Origin: Macrostomum lignano
Taxonomy: Eukaryota
NCBI GenBank assembly: GCA_002269645.1
Contig: NIVC01003672.1
Coordinates: 41,902-105,901, forward strand
Length of the DNA: 64,000 nt
Direction: 5' to 3'
Shown here in pieces: positions 45,718 to 64,000 of the stretch. The position numbers and the translations under genes were made by a program. Numbering within the stretch: the first letter of the stretch is position 1; each line of letters opens with the position of its first letter. Under the pieces are notes generated by a model, which saw only the letters and a list, made by a program, of their open reading frames with translations, did no database searches and had not been told where the DNA came from.

Positions 45718-46762
45718 CACCACCAGCTACACTCAACTCAGGCCTGCTCTGAGCACTGCGCCATAAAAAGATTTCTTCATATTCTTTCTTCAAAGGCTGA
45801 TTTAATTTGGTTTATGTTATAAGCAGAGTTCGTTCTCTAAAGCTAATATTCTTAAAGCCTGTCAGCCCGCCCGTCTGTCTGTCCTGTAACGACTCCAGAA
45901 TATAATAGCTCATTGTGTGCATCCCTGTCACCAGTCAGCCGGATTGTTAGGAGTTAGGAGATTATTTTCTTTTTCTTCACCCGCTAAAAAGAAGGCCCAT
46001 TCATACTCTTGAGCCGAAATCGACTCTTCTATTCATATCAAGGCCGGTATTTTCAAAGTATTCCGGCGACCTGAGAGTGCAAATCCCTTCAAGATGAAAT
46101 GGTGACCAGTCGAGATGATCAGTCGGCCTGCTCATGTAGAGTCTAAAGTGGCCCAAGTTTTTATGAATTTTCCAATCCCGCGCTTTGTACAGTTTTTCAT
46201 TGGCAGATTTATTTTTTTCGGCGCTTTCTACTGCTTCACTGCATGCTGCATGCTCCTTCCCATTGTCATTTAAAACGAATTTTAAATGATTTTTGTAGCA
46301 GCTCTCACTCCAAGGCCTCGAGGAAAATCAGAACACTTTTTATTAAATCCTAGCCGACAGCCGGCTTGCAAAGTCAGGTAAAAATGGTTTTCTGCTCACG
46401 CATAACTGCTTTTTAGATTTTCTCTATTGAAGCTTTTGTCAAACTTGTTCATTGTTCTGCGTCATGTTTTAGACTTTTTTTAGCCCAGTACGCTTGTTGT
46501 TTGTGGCAGCGACTATGGCTTCGGTTTGTTTGTTTATTCTATATGCAACTCTGATGCAAATTTTTTCACGACTGAGGTCATGGGGTCTGCATGGTCTAGC
46601 TAGAGGCGCTGCCCTGACGCTCTTGTGCCAAACACCAGCGCCAAGTACTTAGAAGAGAGCAGTGGAGCTCTAATACGGTTTGACAGTGGAGATTCTGGTG
46701 AACAATTTGATGGCTTGATGAAGGACATTCTATTCTGCGTGAGCTCCACTTTACTAATTGGC

Positions 46763-47027
46763 CCATTAGTGTGGCCGTTAGTATGCTACAGTATGTGGAA
46801 TTACTTACTTTAGATGTACTTTACCATTACCATTAGTGTGGCCGTTAGTATGCTACAGTATCTGGAATTACTTACTTTAGATGTACTTTACCATTACCAT
46901 TAGTGTGGCCGTTAGTATGCTACAGTATGTGGAATTACTTACTTTAGATGTACTTTACCATTACCATTAGTGTGGCCGTTAGTATGCTACAGTATGTGGA
47001 ATTACTTACTTTAGATGTACTTTACCA
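46763..47027. repeat. 67-bp tandem repeat, 4 copies
   Basis: CCATTAGTGTGGCCG recurs at 46763, 46830, 46897 and 46964. Confidence 0.95.
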
Positions 47028-47835
47028 TCGCTAGCGACTGTTCGGTGCATCATAGAGGTTGCAAAATTTGTACCGTGTTTGTAAGCAGACGCAATAGTTT
47101 CACGAGCTCTATAGATAATTGGCAGTTACCTCCTAAAGCTGACACCTAATAGCATGCCTGGGCCTGTGATCTCTAAGAAAAGAATAGACAAAGACAATGG
47201 ACAACTAAACACTTACGGCTAACATGTATAAAGCTGACACAGTGTTACCTTGATTAGAAAGTGATCTAATTTTGTTCCTATCGCTAATGCATAGTTAATC
47301 CTTAGCTGACGATTAGAATCCTTGGGGGGAATTGCTAGGAGGGCGCTGCATTGTACTTAAAGCGGAGCTCTATCATGTTGGGATCAACTTCGATGTAATA
47401 ATTAATACCATCAGTGTAAGCAGCTTTCAAGTCTCTGAGCTCCCTTTTGTCCTTCATTTATTCACTTCACGGATGCCTTCCTTCGTGTCAGGATTCGGAT
47501 TCCTGCGCCGCGTTTTCCAGACGTACAGCTCAGACAGAGATATGGCTACTCAATTTTTATTATTATTTTAGATTAGAAAAAGTAAGCACATTTGAATACG
47601 AAATAGTAGCGCAAAGAAATAATAATAATGTTTAGTAAGTTTAATAATAATTAAAAATATTCTGGCAAGCAACGCGAGTTAGTGCAAAGTACAAGACAAT
47701 TTTAAGTCCAAACAGTTGTATATCGTTACCACCTTCAGATAACTGTTTTGTTAGTAGGCTTTTGACCATAGATATTTTTCGCCGCTAGAGAGGATGCAGA
47801 GGCACAGAGAGTCCGTTGTGGTGTGGGGGTGAAGA

Positions 47836-48145
47836 TCTAACCATAGAAATTCTAACCATAGACATTCTAACCATAGACATTCTAACCATAGACATTCTAA
47901 CCATAGACATTCTAACCATAGACATTCTAACCATAGACATTCTAACCATAGACATTCTAACCATAGACATTCTAACCATAGACATTCTAACCATAGACAT
48001 TCTAACCATAGACATTCTAACCATAGACATTCTAACCATAGACATTCTAACCATAGACATTCTAACCATAGACATTCTAACCATAGACATTCTAACCATA
48101 GACATTCTAACCATAGACATTCTAACCATAGACATTCTAACCATG
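47836..48145. repeat. 15-bp minisatellite (TCTAACCATAGACAT), about 20 copies
   Basis: Near-perfect tandem array. Confidence 0.97.
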
Positions 48146-48499
48146 GACAAATTTCCTTGAATTAAACAGCCCTACTAACAATATTTCTATTTTAAAGATA
48201 TTTTAAAATATCTTTTATAATATTTTATATTTATTTTTATTTTTATTTTTATTTTTATTTTTATTTTTATTTATTTATTTATTTATATTTTAAAATATTT
48301 TAAACTTCGTGATTTTTCTATATCTCTTTCTATATCTTCTATTTCTCTATCTGTCTATTGCTAAATTTCTATGGGATTTATTCATAGTTTGCTTGTTTAG
48401 TTAGTTTTGCAGGTGGGTTTGGGCGTTACCCAGGTCGGCAGGGTCGGCAAGGGCGGCACACGCGAGAGGCAAACAAAGCAAGCAAACAGCACGCGATAG

Positions 48500-52598
<4,099 letters not shown>

Positions 52599-53005
52599 CT
52601 GGGGGTGTTGCATAAAGGCGTGTATGATGGTGGAGTGCGCAAAGCGAAAGTATTCCGGGTATTCCGGGAAATCGATAAATGACGGAAATGTTAAAAACAC
52701 GTTGCCCAGTGAACTTTGCATACTTGCCAGGTAAAATTTGATGCTGAAAAGTCTTTTTAATCCCTAATAAAACTTCAAAAACACAGTTCTATACTTAAAG
52801 AGCTGCTTTTATTCTTCAAAATGAAAGCATTTGATTGACAAAGTCCCCCTTTCTTAACTCAACACAGCCTTCACGATGCCTTCAAACTGTCCACCGAATT
52901 TGCATTCTGCCAGTTTAACCCTGGGTTCCGCTGAAGCCCGGCGTCCCCTGAGACTTGAATTGATCAACCAATCATTCATGATACAGTTTCTCACGCACTT
53001 CAGCT

Positions 53006-54111
<1,106 letters not shown>

Positions 54112-55040
54112 ATACATACAGAAATAAGAAGAAAGCGCGCACGTCAGTATATAGTACCCAATGCTATCGTCTATTTATCATGTATCATTTTTGAGATAAA
54201 TTTTGTACAAGGAGATAAACACTCTGAAGAATGGATGCTGAGCCAGCTGACGAGATTTATCCCAGTGGCAGATGTAGCAGCATCTGCTGTTCTATTTCGA
54301 TCATCAGTACGCCTGTAACTTTCAGCCCATTGCACTGAGTCGTGTGGCATCTTTGAATAACTTTCTATAAATTTCCAACAGTTCAGAGGAGGAAAAATAG
54401 CTATATGAAAAGGAATAAAATAGAATTATAGACGTGACAAAGTCAGTTATTCACTGCATGAATTGTCTGCTTGTCATAACAATTTTTTGTGTCAAATGTA
54501 AAACAGCACAGCTATTTTAGGAATAAACACACTTATAGTTACGGATTTTTTCCACTCAGACTTAACCGAAGACGTTATCACGTGTAAATAATAGTTATAT
54601 GCAGCTGTCATTTCCCAAATCTTTCAGCACAAACTTTGCAGGAAGTTTGCAGCCATTGAATTTTGGCAAAACAGTCTTTTACGGCGTTAATTAAAGCAGA
54701 AATATTTCAAGAAAATACTTCCGCTAAAAGCATGCAGAAATGAATTGCTTTTTATGGTTCTGAAGACTGAATAAGAATAAGCCAAGCTTGGCGAAAGCAA
54801 ATGGCTAAAATTTCTGCGGTGACCTGGCAAGAAAACAAGGGTAGAGTACTTTTTTAGCCAGACGAAAACTTTGTGGAGACTCAACTGGTTGAGTTGTTTT
54901 GCTTCAGGGCCTTCTGAATAGTAATGTTCTGTTTTATCTAGTAAATCATGTAATACGAACGCATGTGATGGGTTGAATCAGCTGTTTAAATTGTGATGTT
55001 TCAAGCGCGTTTCTACACATTTCTATCCGTAATAGCATAG

Positions 55041-55270
55041 GGGGCTGTAGCCTAGTGGTTGGAGCGTCGGGCTCACGACTTGAAGGTCGGGGGTTCTAAC
55101 AATTTGTGTCCTTGAGCAAGACACTTAACTCTGCATTGCTTCAGTTCACCCAGCTGTAAAATGGGTGCCAGTATTAGCTGGGGTAATTGAGGCTGTGTGT
55201 GGCGACCCCCCAGTCCTTGGACTGAACAGCCGTACGCAGCCTTCAATAGCTGCGGCTGAGCTGTCGGTTG
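55041..55270 (+). mobile_element. tRNA-derived SINE with a CORE/Meta-like central domain
   Basis: Head GGGGCTGTAGCCTAGTGG (A box)...GGTTCTAAC (degenerate B box), followed by TGTGTCCTTGAGCAAGACACTTAAC...CCCAGCTGTAAAATGGG, which resembles the conserved SINE central domains. Confidence 0.75.
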
Positions 55271-56064
55271 CACATCTGCCCATTAGGGCAGGTGTTTTCA
55301 ACAATTAGTATTATTATAATTACCCATCATGTACTGGTTTTTGACAATCTGCCCCTGATCAGCCCTTTGTGTGATGTACTGTTGACCCCGATCACGGCCC
55401 ATGTGTGATTAAAACACACGCGCTGAGAAAGCAAAACAGCAACCTATGCTGCTTCTCTCCATTATATTTTTTAAAACTAAGACAGTAACTTACCAGTTGT
55501 CCATCGATTGTTATCGGATATTAATATTATTTTTTTGTTTATAATGGCAGCGATTTTTCTGTATTGCAATCTTATCTGTAGCAACGCGAGTCAATATTGA
55601 TCTGCATTGTCCTATCTGCTAATATTAGCTTTGGCTGGTATCTCTGGGCGCTTAAAGTCTAACACTGGGTTCCCATGACGCATATCCCATGCTAGGATTG
55701 GCGAGGGATAAAATGGGAGAAAGGGGAACTGGGGTAGGCTACGGCCTGAGGGCCAATGAATGACAGTTGACTTTCCTACGCTCCTATACAGAGCTTCTGG
55801 ACCTGGTAGTGGAAATGCTGCAACAATCAGTCATCTGGGATTTAATTTTTTGCCAAACCCATTCATTGTTTTGAGAAAGCTTTAAAATATTGGCCGTTAG
55901 AATAAATCATTTTAAATTGAAGGCATAAATTCAATTAACAAATTAGCTACCTGTAGAAAAATGAACAATTGTAAGCCATGGGGCTGTCCTGCCCCACTCA
56001 CATTCGAGCGATTCACACTCACGAAGGCCAACCTCCTAAGGCTCACAGAGTGTACATGCCTGAC

Positions 56065-56500
56065 CAGGGGCGTCGCCATGGATTTTATGGTGGGGGGGGG
56101 GGGGGGTGGACAAAGCCTAGAATTTTTCATGCACATGTACATGACTAAAATTTCTACATGTACATTATTTTCAGAATTGGTGTCGTCAGCGCTCATTTTA
56201 GCGCCGCAGGCACTCATTTAACTCACAGTAAGATAAGTATTCTATATTATACATTTAGTATAGGTGGACTAGCGCACAACCCCCCTTGGGGGTGGGCCTG
56301 AATGCATTTATAAGGCAATCATTTTGGCGCCACAGGCCACTCATTTTAGCGCTGCAGGCACTCATTTTGGCGCCACAGGTGGTATGTTTTGTCGCCCTGA
56401 AGCAAAATGATTGACTTCCATAATGGGTCACAAGGAGGGGTGGGGGGACCAAGCATTAGCCTGTCTCCCCTGCCCCCCCCCCCCGGTGGTGACGCCCCTG
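56065..56500. mobile_element. Non-autonomous hAT-type MITE (436 bp)
   Basis: 14-bp TIR CAGGGGCGTC(G/A)CCA; 8-bp TSD TGCCTGAC at 56057-64 and 56501-08. Confidence 0.9.
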
Positions 56501-58374
56501 TGCCTGACGATTAGAAAGTCAGGACCGCTGGACACCGCTGTTGCTCAAGGCGTTACGCCAGGATGCCAAGATGACTTTTGAGTGACGCCACTTGCGACAC
56601 GCGACGCAGAATTTGGCTGGGTGAGGAGGGATTGGGAAGAGCGGAGGGCGAAGACTGGATGGATTGAAGCTTCCGCCCGGTTTTCATTGTTTCTTTTTTC
56701 AAGCATTTTTAATATCGAAATGGTTGGCCAGTTGGCAGATGCTGGTCGAAAGACACTGCTCACTGAGGCAAAGGGTGGTGAAATTTCAGTGTTGCTGAGT
56801 ATATATACGCATGTTTACAGAAAAAAAATTGCACCTTCGACTGCAAATCTAATTAAAAAGAAAATGAATACATAAACTATGTATACTATGTAAACTATAT
56901 AAACCAAATGTTATTAAAGCTCACTTAGAATACGCAGCAAAGTTCATAAGAACTTTATATAAATGGTTAACGATGGGAAAACTCAACGAGAAGAGAGTGT
57001 CACATACAGGGCCTATTTTTGACTAGCTATCTTGTTACAGTCGAGTTCCGAGGCAGCATACAGCATGCCGCCGCCTTTAATAATAGATTCCCTGTCAACA
57101 AGCTCCTACTCAGCAAGCGCGCCATGATTTTAGTAAAGCCCACGAGACAGTTGCCATGGCCTTAGCCACTCTGTCTGCTCGATGCCCAATCAATTCAGGG
57201 ATTAGTTTCTGGGACAAGCCTCAACCCCGCAAGGAATTGAGCTCATAGAGAATTCCTCTAAGCCAACACCCTGCTGTGGCAAGCGGACACTAAATTTGCT
57301 CTCAAACATTTTCACTGAAGCTAACATTTGCTATGCTCCAGACAACTTCTCAGAACTTAATTAAAATTGAGTCTAGACTTGTTGAATTAGAAATTTCCAA
57401 GCAATCGCTAAAGCAAAATCTCAAAAACAGAAGTTCGTCACGTCAAAGCGATGCTAAATTTAAAATAATCGGGATTCGACTGCATAAAAATGGCTAAAAT
57501 TGGCAAATCTTGCAATGCTGTTATGCGTACATAAGCAAAAGTACATCCACGCTGCGAGGAAAGACGCAGAACCTGACACTGTCTTTTTGTCTGAAAATGA
57601 TTTTTCCTTGCTGCCAACCTCGTCTCGGATCTCCGGCAGGAAGCGTCGTCTCCCTTCCTAGTAGCGGATTTAGCCGAGGACTTTATAAGCTATCTGTATC
57701 AATGATTCCGCATAGATTTCTGAGAGGTTATCAAATTCGATTTAGTCAACGTAACGCTTTTGGCGGCTACATCGTCACGTGATTAGCATGACAGCTTCAG
57801 GCGGAATTTCAACTCGAACACAGAGGGCATTTTTCTCCAAGCAGTGTTCTACAAATAAAAGTGCATTGAGAATAAATTACTGCGATATTAGATATAGTTA
57901 AAATAGGGCCTATAGGGTCACCTGGGTATGAGAGAACACGGTTGGCCTAGCAACTATTCTGGCGGAACAGATAACAAGTAAATCATGTATTGATTTTTGG
58001 GGTTATTCCTGACGACTCTCCCATAGCAGCCTTGGGGATTTACATTCACTCGCCGGACAAAATCAAGCACTCAGAAATGTGTTAGGTACGGGTAACGATT
58101 TAGTTAATCAGTGCAGAAAAATGCACACAGCTTTTAGGCTAAGAGGCATTCTTTTCTGTTGCTACAGAAAAGCCTTTGGGGTAACAGCTGTGAATCTAAG
58201 CCGGCGGATATTTCACACTTTCTAACTGCGAGCTCAGAGAGCGGTGGCGACTGCTTACCGGTACGATTTTGAAGACTCGTCACGGTTTCATGTATCCATT
58301 CTCTCTCTCTCTCTCTCTCTGAACCCGATTCGATGGCGCTATGCTTCCCTTCTCAAATAATCAGTCTCTCCGCT

Positions 58375-58915
58375 CCCCATCAATTCCTGAATCTGCTTCT
58401 CCGCTAGCCATCAATCCTTGAATTTGCCTCTCCGCTCCCCATCAATCCTTGCATCTGCCTCTCCGCTCCCATCAACCCCTGAATCTACCTCTCCGCTCCC
58501 CATCAATCCTTGAATCTGCCTCTCCGGTCCCCATCAATCCTTGCATCTGCCTCTCCGCTCCCATCAATCCTTGAATCTGCCTCTCCGCTCCCTTGAATCT
58601 GCCTCTCCGCTCCCCATCAATCCTTGAACCTACCTCTCCGCTCCCTTGAATCTGCCTCTCCGCTCCCTTGAACCTGCTTCTCCGCTCCCTTGAATCTGCC
58701 TCTCCGCTCCCTTGAACCTGCTTCTCCGCTCCCCATCAATCCTTGAACCTGCCTCTCCGCTCCCTTGAATCTGCCTCTCCGCTCCCTTGAACCTGCCTCT
58801 CCGCTCCCCATCAATCCTTGCATCTGCCTCTCCGCTCCCCATCAACCCTTGAATCTGCCTCTCCACTCCCTTGAATCTGCCTCTCCGCTCCCTTGAATCT
58901 GCCTCTCCGCTCCAC
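58375..58915. repeat. Degenerate 22/35-bp minisatellite (CTCTCCGCTCCC[CATCAATCC]TTGAATCTGC)
   Basis: Visible tandem copies with two unit lengths. Confidence 0.9.
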
Positions 58916-59304
58916 GTCAAACTTTAAATCCACCTATACTAAATCTCTAATCTACTGTCTTTTTTGTGTGCAATGCTAGGAAACTAAAGGAGAGCGAGAG
59001 GGTTTAAGAGAGAAGGTGGGCATTCTAAGATGACTCATTTTTATAGGAAAAATGAAAAAATTTACTGCGAAGAAAAACGGTCAACTCTCGAACCCCTCTG
59101 ACCGAAAGTAAATTAAAAACCCGCTATCTGACTCGCTGATTCCGGTTGATGTCATCTCATGCGGATAATAAATAAATTCTGAAGCTATGTAGAGAATTTT
59201 CTATACTAAACAGAACCAGTGAGTACTTTTAGATACATAAATACAAGGTGCTGCTTTTTGAGTGTTGCATTCGGATTGTACCCAAAAACCCTAAAACTCG
59301 AATA

Positions 59305-59778
59305 CCTGAATACCCGAATACCCGAATGCCCGAACACCCAAATATCCGAATACCCAAATACCGAATGCAGAAATAACCGAATACCCGAATACCCAAATAC
59401 CCGAATACCCGAATACCCGAATACCCGAATAACCGAATACCCGAATACCCGAGCACCTAAATACCCGAATACCCGAATGCCCGAACACCTAAATACCCGA
59501 ATACTCAAATACCCGAATACCCGAATACCCGAATACCCGAATACCCGAATACCCGAATACCCAAATACTCAAATACCCGAATACCCGAATACCCGAATAC
59601 CCGAATACCCGAACACCTAAATACCCGAATACCCGAATACCCGAATACCCGAATACCCGAATACCCGAATACCCGAATACCCGAATACCCGAATGCCCGA
59701 ATACCCGAATACCCGATTACCCGAATACCCGAATACCCGAATACCCGAATACCCGAATACCCGAATACCCGAATACCC
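59305..59778. repeat. 9-bp minisatellite (CCCGAATAC)
   Basis: Tandem copies; produces the GYSGIRVF and EYPNTRIP ORFs. Confidence 0.96.
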
Positions 59779-60122
59779 TGAATTTTTAGACCCGAAATTT
59801 TCTGAATCCTGATTTCGCCGAGTTTTTCGAAACCCAGATTCTCTATTTTCGAAATCTTAACTATAAATAGTAGGGCGTCGGTTACTTTACCTTTACGAGG
59901 GCGGCTTCCCACAATCTCTAATCAATCAATAGTCCCATCAGCTAGCTTGCAGTAGGACAGGTGCAAGCTCCCATATGAAATCCTTTTATTAAATAAGACT
60001 CTCCTTTCACGCACAAATGCCCGTCGTTGCTTTCAAAAGAGATCCGACAGAACGCAAGCAAGTTTCTAAATACTATACGCTCGTGTTTCTTGGAAGTTTT
60101 GTCGACCGGGAAAGGCAATAAA

Positions 60123-60187
<65 letters not shown>

Positions 60188-60219
60188 TGGGAATGCGCGA
60201 GATGCAACGCCGGTGCCCT

Positions 60220-62258
60220 TGACTTGACCAACGGAAGATAGAATAAACAGAAGAGAAACTTCAGCTTCTCCCTCTCTTTGATTTGATTTTTCCTGCATAT
60301 TTGTATGCATTTGCCTCACGCGGGGACCATGGACAGCGAAACTATAATTGTACAGCAACGCTCAAAATGTACAGTTTGGGTTTACTCAACGGGTGCGGAG
60401 AAGATCTGCTTTCTTTGCACAGCGTTGAATGGGGTTTCGCCATAGACAAAATCTGTATAGAAAAATCTGCTCTGGTCGGCAACCTTTTTTACCTTAAGTG
60501 CCAGGTAGACAGAGGAATTTGGAGAGGAGAGGGGAGGCGAGAGAAGGGCGAGAAGGGGAGATAAAAGAGAAGTGATTACGAGCTATTAGAGAAGAGAGCT
60601 AAGAAGAGACTCAAGCCTTGACCGGGGCCGGATTGTTATTGTGAAGTTTCAAAGGACCCGAGGTGGAATACGAATCTCCCTAGGGTGAGATGTTGTGAAT
60701 TTAGACCAAAAAAAACTTTGGAAACCTGCCTCCAGTGAAATTTGCACGAACTGCTATAGTGTAGCACCCTTCTGCCTCAGCTGTCCATGGCATGGATGTC
60801 CTTGGTAGGTTTTACTATTTTCGATCCTTGCCATCGTTCCCAATCCGGCTGAAGCTGGTGCGATGTTTCCCCCTAAGGCGCGAACTTTGAATGATGAATT
60901 TCGATAAGAAAAACCATCCCCCAGTCTTCCCCAGCAGTTTTGGTTCCTTAAAGTGCAAATAATATTGAATGCCTCTTCCACACACTGGGCAATAGAGAGA
61001 GATGGGGTTACTTTAATTTGGTTCCCAGGATAGTGACGTAGTCAGGCCCAGTCGAGTCATGTGATTTGACCGGGCGGCCTCTGCCCAGCTGCTTTTGTTC
61101 CCTTTGACAACTAAGCGCGGAGCAATGCCCGGTGTTACTAGCTCGCATTGTCCCGACCCGACTGAGGGCGAATCCCTTTTTCTGTCTTTATATTGTTGCT
61201 TCAAAGGAAATACTATCTTCTGCTTTTTGCCTTTTTTATCTCCTTGACTAGCTGAATCAGAAGGTATGCAAGAATCGTGTAACTAACATCGTACCCTCGT
61301 TCTCAATGCAAAAGTAGTTTTTTTACCAAGTTGAAGCAGTGAACTTGATAATTCTGATCAAATTCTGAGACAGTCTATGAGAGAAGTTGCTGCTGGCATC
61401 CTTGATCTTTGTGCTGATGTCTATGGCCGAGTTATCAACTTGTCTATGGGCCAATCATTGCAGGATCGAGAATGGGGAAAGACGACTGGTGAAAAGATCT
61501 CGATATAAAGAGAACCAGGGGTGACATTGTACCCAGATCTATCACTGAGGTTCGCGTTGCTTTGAAGCAACGGGGAGCAGCGGCGAGGACAAAATTTGCT
61601 GTGACTCGATTTGTTAAAGAGAAGTCCACCGTAACGTTAAGGGAGATGAAGGAGAAGCTGGAAGCCGAACTTCTAGGCAATCAGCCATCGCCTAGGCAAT
61701 TTTCATCTTTTGATACCAGGGTATGTCTTGATTTTCTTATAGTTCAGGGATCGGCAAACTTTTTTACCTCAAGGGTCAGATAGAGAATCTAGTGGCATGA
61801 CTGCAGGCCAGGGGAGGGGAGAGAGGAGAGGGTCAAATGGAATAGAGAAAATAGGAGAAAGGAGAGGCGAAGGAATAATGGAGAGGAGAGGATGAAGAGA
61901 GTATTGGAGAGGAGAAGAGGAGAGGAGAGGAGAGGAGAGGAGAGGAGAGGAGAGGAGAGGAGAGGAGAGGAGAGGAGAGGAGAGGAGAGGAGAGGAGAGG
62001 AGAGAGAGAGGAGAGGAGAGGAGAGGAGAGGAGAGGAGAGGAGAGGAGAGGAGAGGAGAGAGAGGAGAGGAGAGGAGAGGAGAGGAGAGAGAGGAGAGGA
62101 GAGGAGAGGAGAGGAGAGGAGAGGAGAGGAGAGGAGAGGAGAGGAGAGGAGAGGAGAGGAGAGGAGAGGAGAGGAGAGGAGAGGAGAGGAGAGGAGAGGA
62201 GAGGAGAGGAGAGGAGAGGAGAGGAGAGGAGAGGAGAGGAGAGGAGAGGAGAGGAGAG

Positions 62259-62322
<64 letters not shown>

Positions 62323-62667
62323 ACTTGACCAACGGAAGATAGAATAAACAGAAGAGAAACTTCAGCTTCTCTCTCTCTCTATTTGATTTGATTTTTCCTG
62401 CATATTTGTATGCATTTGCCTCACGCAGGGACCATGGACAGCTAAACTAGAAGTGTACAGCAACGCTCAAAATGTACAGTTTGCGTTTACTCAACGGATG
62501 CGGAGAAGATCTGCTTTCTTTGCACAGCGTTGAATGGGGTTTCGCCATAGACAAAATCTGTATAGGAAAATCTGCTCTGGTCGGCAACCTTTTTTACCTT
62601 AAGTGCCAGGTAGACAGAGGAATTTGGAGAGGGAGGGAGGCGAGAGAAGGGCGAGAAGGGAGATAAA

Positions 62668-62738
<71 letters not shown>

Positions 62739-63250
62739 GAGAACAGACACAACCTTGCGTTAGAGAGCGAGCGAGCGGCTATTGTGAAGTTTCAAAGGAC
62801 CTTGAAGGCCGGACAGACAGGCTTACACGCGTACATCATTGCAGGATCGAGAACGGCGAGAGAGAGACTACTGGCGAAAGACCTCGATATAAAGAGAACC
62901 AAGGCCGACATCGAACACAGATCTGTCACTGAAGTTTGCGTTGCTTTGAAACATTAAGGGAGGGTGGGGGCATTAACGTTAAGGGAGATGAAGGAGAAAC
63001 TGGAAGCCGAACTTTTAGGCAATGAGCCGTCGCCTGGACTGCCCACTGTACATCAGGGGTTTGGCAAACTTTTTGACGTCAAAGGTCAGATAAAAAAATC
63101 TAGTGGTATGACTGCGGGCCAGGGGAGGGAGAGAGGAAGGGGCCAGAGGGAATAGAGAAGAGATAATAGAGATAGGAGAAAGGAGAGACGAAGGAATAAA
63201 TGGAGAACAGAGGAGAAGAAGAGAGGAGAGGAGAGAGAAAAGAGGAGAGG
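60220..63250. repeat. Imperfect local tandem duplication (blocks at about 60220-60660, 61455-61690 and 61740-61900 repeated at about 62320-62800, 62835-63045 and 63054-63250), with (GAGAG)n at 61905-62275
   Basis: Direct sequence identity between the blocks; the two ORFs MYSL(G/R)LLNGCGEDLL... are near-identical. Confidence 0.85.
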
Positions 63251-64000
63251 AGAAATTTGTTACAATTTGCCGTTCGGAAGACCGTGTTGCTAAAACTGGC
63301 TCCCTTTGCCAAATTTGAATGCACACTTGAACTGATTCTGCATAGTTGGCCATAAACATATTGCCGCAAGGTTAAGCTTTGCCTATGGGCTTGCCAAAAA
63401 TGAAGACACTTTGCCAAAGATCGAAATAGTATTTATCAACATGGCTGACCAAAGCAACACTGACGTGTGGGGACAGGATGCTACCATTCTGAAAACTGAG
63501 TTTTCTTCTTAATCTTCTTCAACATCGTTTCCGTCAGAGTTATCATTATCAGCTCCCGGTGCAGGTGCACTGCACTCGCATGGAGGTCGCTTTTTCATAG
63601 ATTTGACTGAACATGAAAAAATGAGAAGTCAACTGGCTACTAAGCCATCGATAAGCAGCTCAAGGAAAGTTCGCTCAGCTGATTTAAATCCATTCTAGAC
63701 TATCAGTGTCATTAACTCGCTTCACTGCTCATCGAAGGTTCATTTTAAGCGAAAGAAATAAACTTGATCTGAAATCTGGAATCCTTGATAGGGTCTGTCC
63801 TTGAAGTCAAAGAGAGCTAAATTTTAAACCGCGAGCTTTTTATAGAATATTGCAATAACTCCCAGGTGAAGAACTGCTGGATCTCCCTGCGGAAAAAGTT
63901 CCATCTTATTTTTCTCTCAAGCACCCCGGCGATTCCCCCATTCTCTAAAATCCAATCTCTTTTTTCCCAGTGCGCCTGCTTGTCGCTCGACGCGCCCAAT

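Noticed and set aside
57140-57156. X-box-like GTTGCCATGGCCTT
   Set aside because: The second half-site has three mismatches, and there is no defined TSS nearby.
63817-63999. Minus-strand ORF at the window edge
   Set aside because: It is truncated by the window and contains no recognisable domain.

Overview
Eukaryotic (animal) genomic DNA with spliceosomal GT-AG introns, very dense in micro- and minisatellites and transposons. The style (GC-rich exons, a tandem array in almost every large intron, (GACA)n/(GATA)n tracts) is reminiscent of a free-living flatworm such as Macrostomum; this is inference only. Host genes I can support: an 11-exon CCDC154-like coiled-coil gene (+, 6210-12585) with an RFX X-box upstream; a single-exon, probably secreted protein made of two six-cysteine repeats (-, 20823-21263); and a vasopressin/oxytocin/GnRH-superfamily peptide GPCR (-, 48500-52598, N-terminus unresolved). 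Mobile DNA: a near-intact Ty3/gypsy element with identical 187-bp LTRs and a 5-bp TSD; a decayed second gypsy element with the same PBS; a Loa/R1-group LINE sitting inside a (GACA)n array; an Ingi-like LINE with an N-terminal 2A/StopGo motif and two PHD fingers; an internally deleted P element (100-bp TIRs, 8-bp TSD) nested in a Crypton/DUF3504-like ORF; a deleted mariner; two hAT-type MITEs; a tRNA-derived SINE; and an inverted LINE relic. Most long ORFs in the supplied track are translations of tandem repeats and are not genes. Family assignments come from motif recognition, not database searches.
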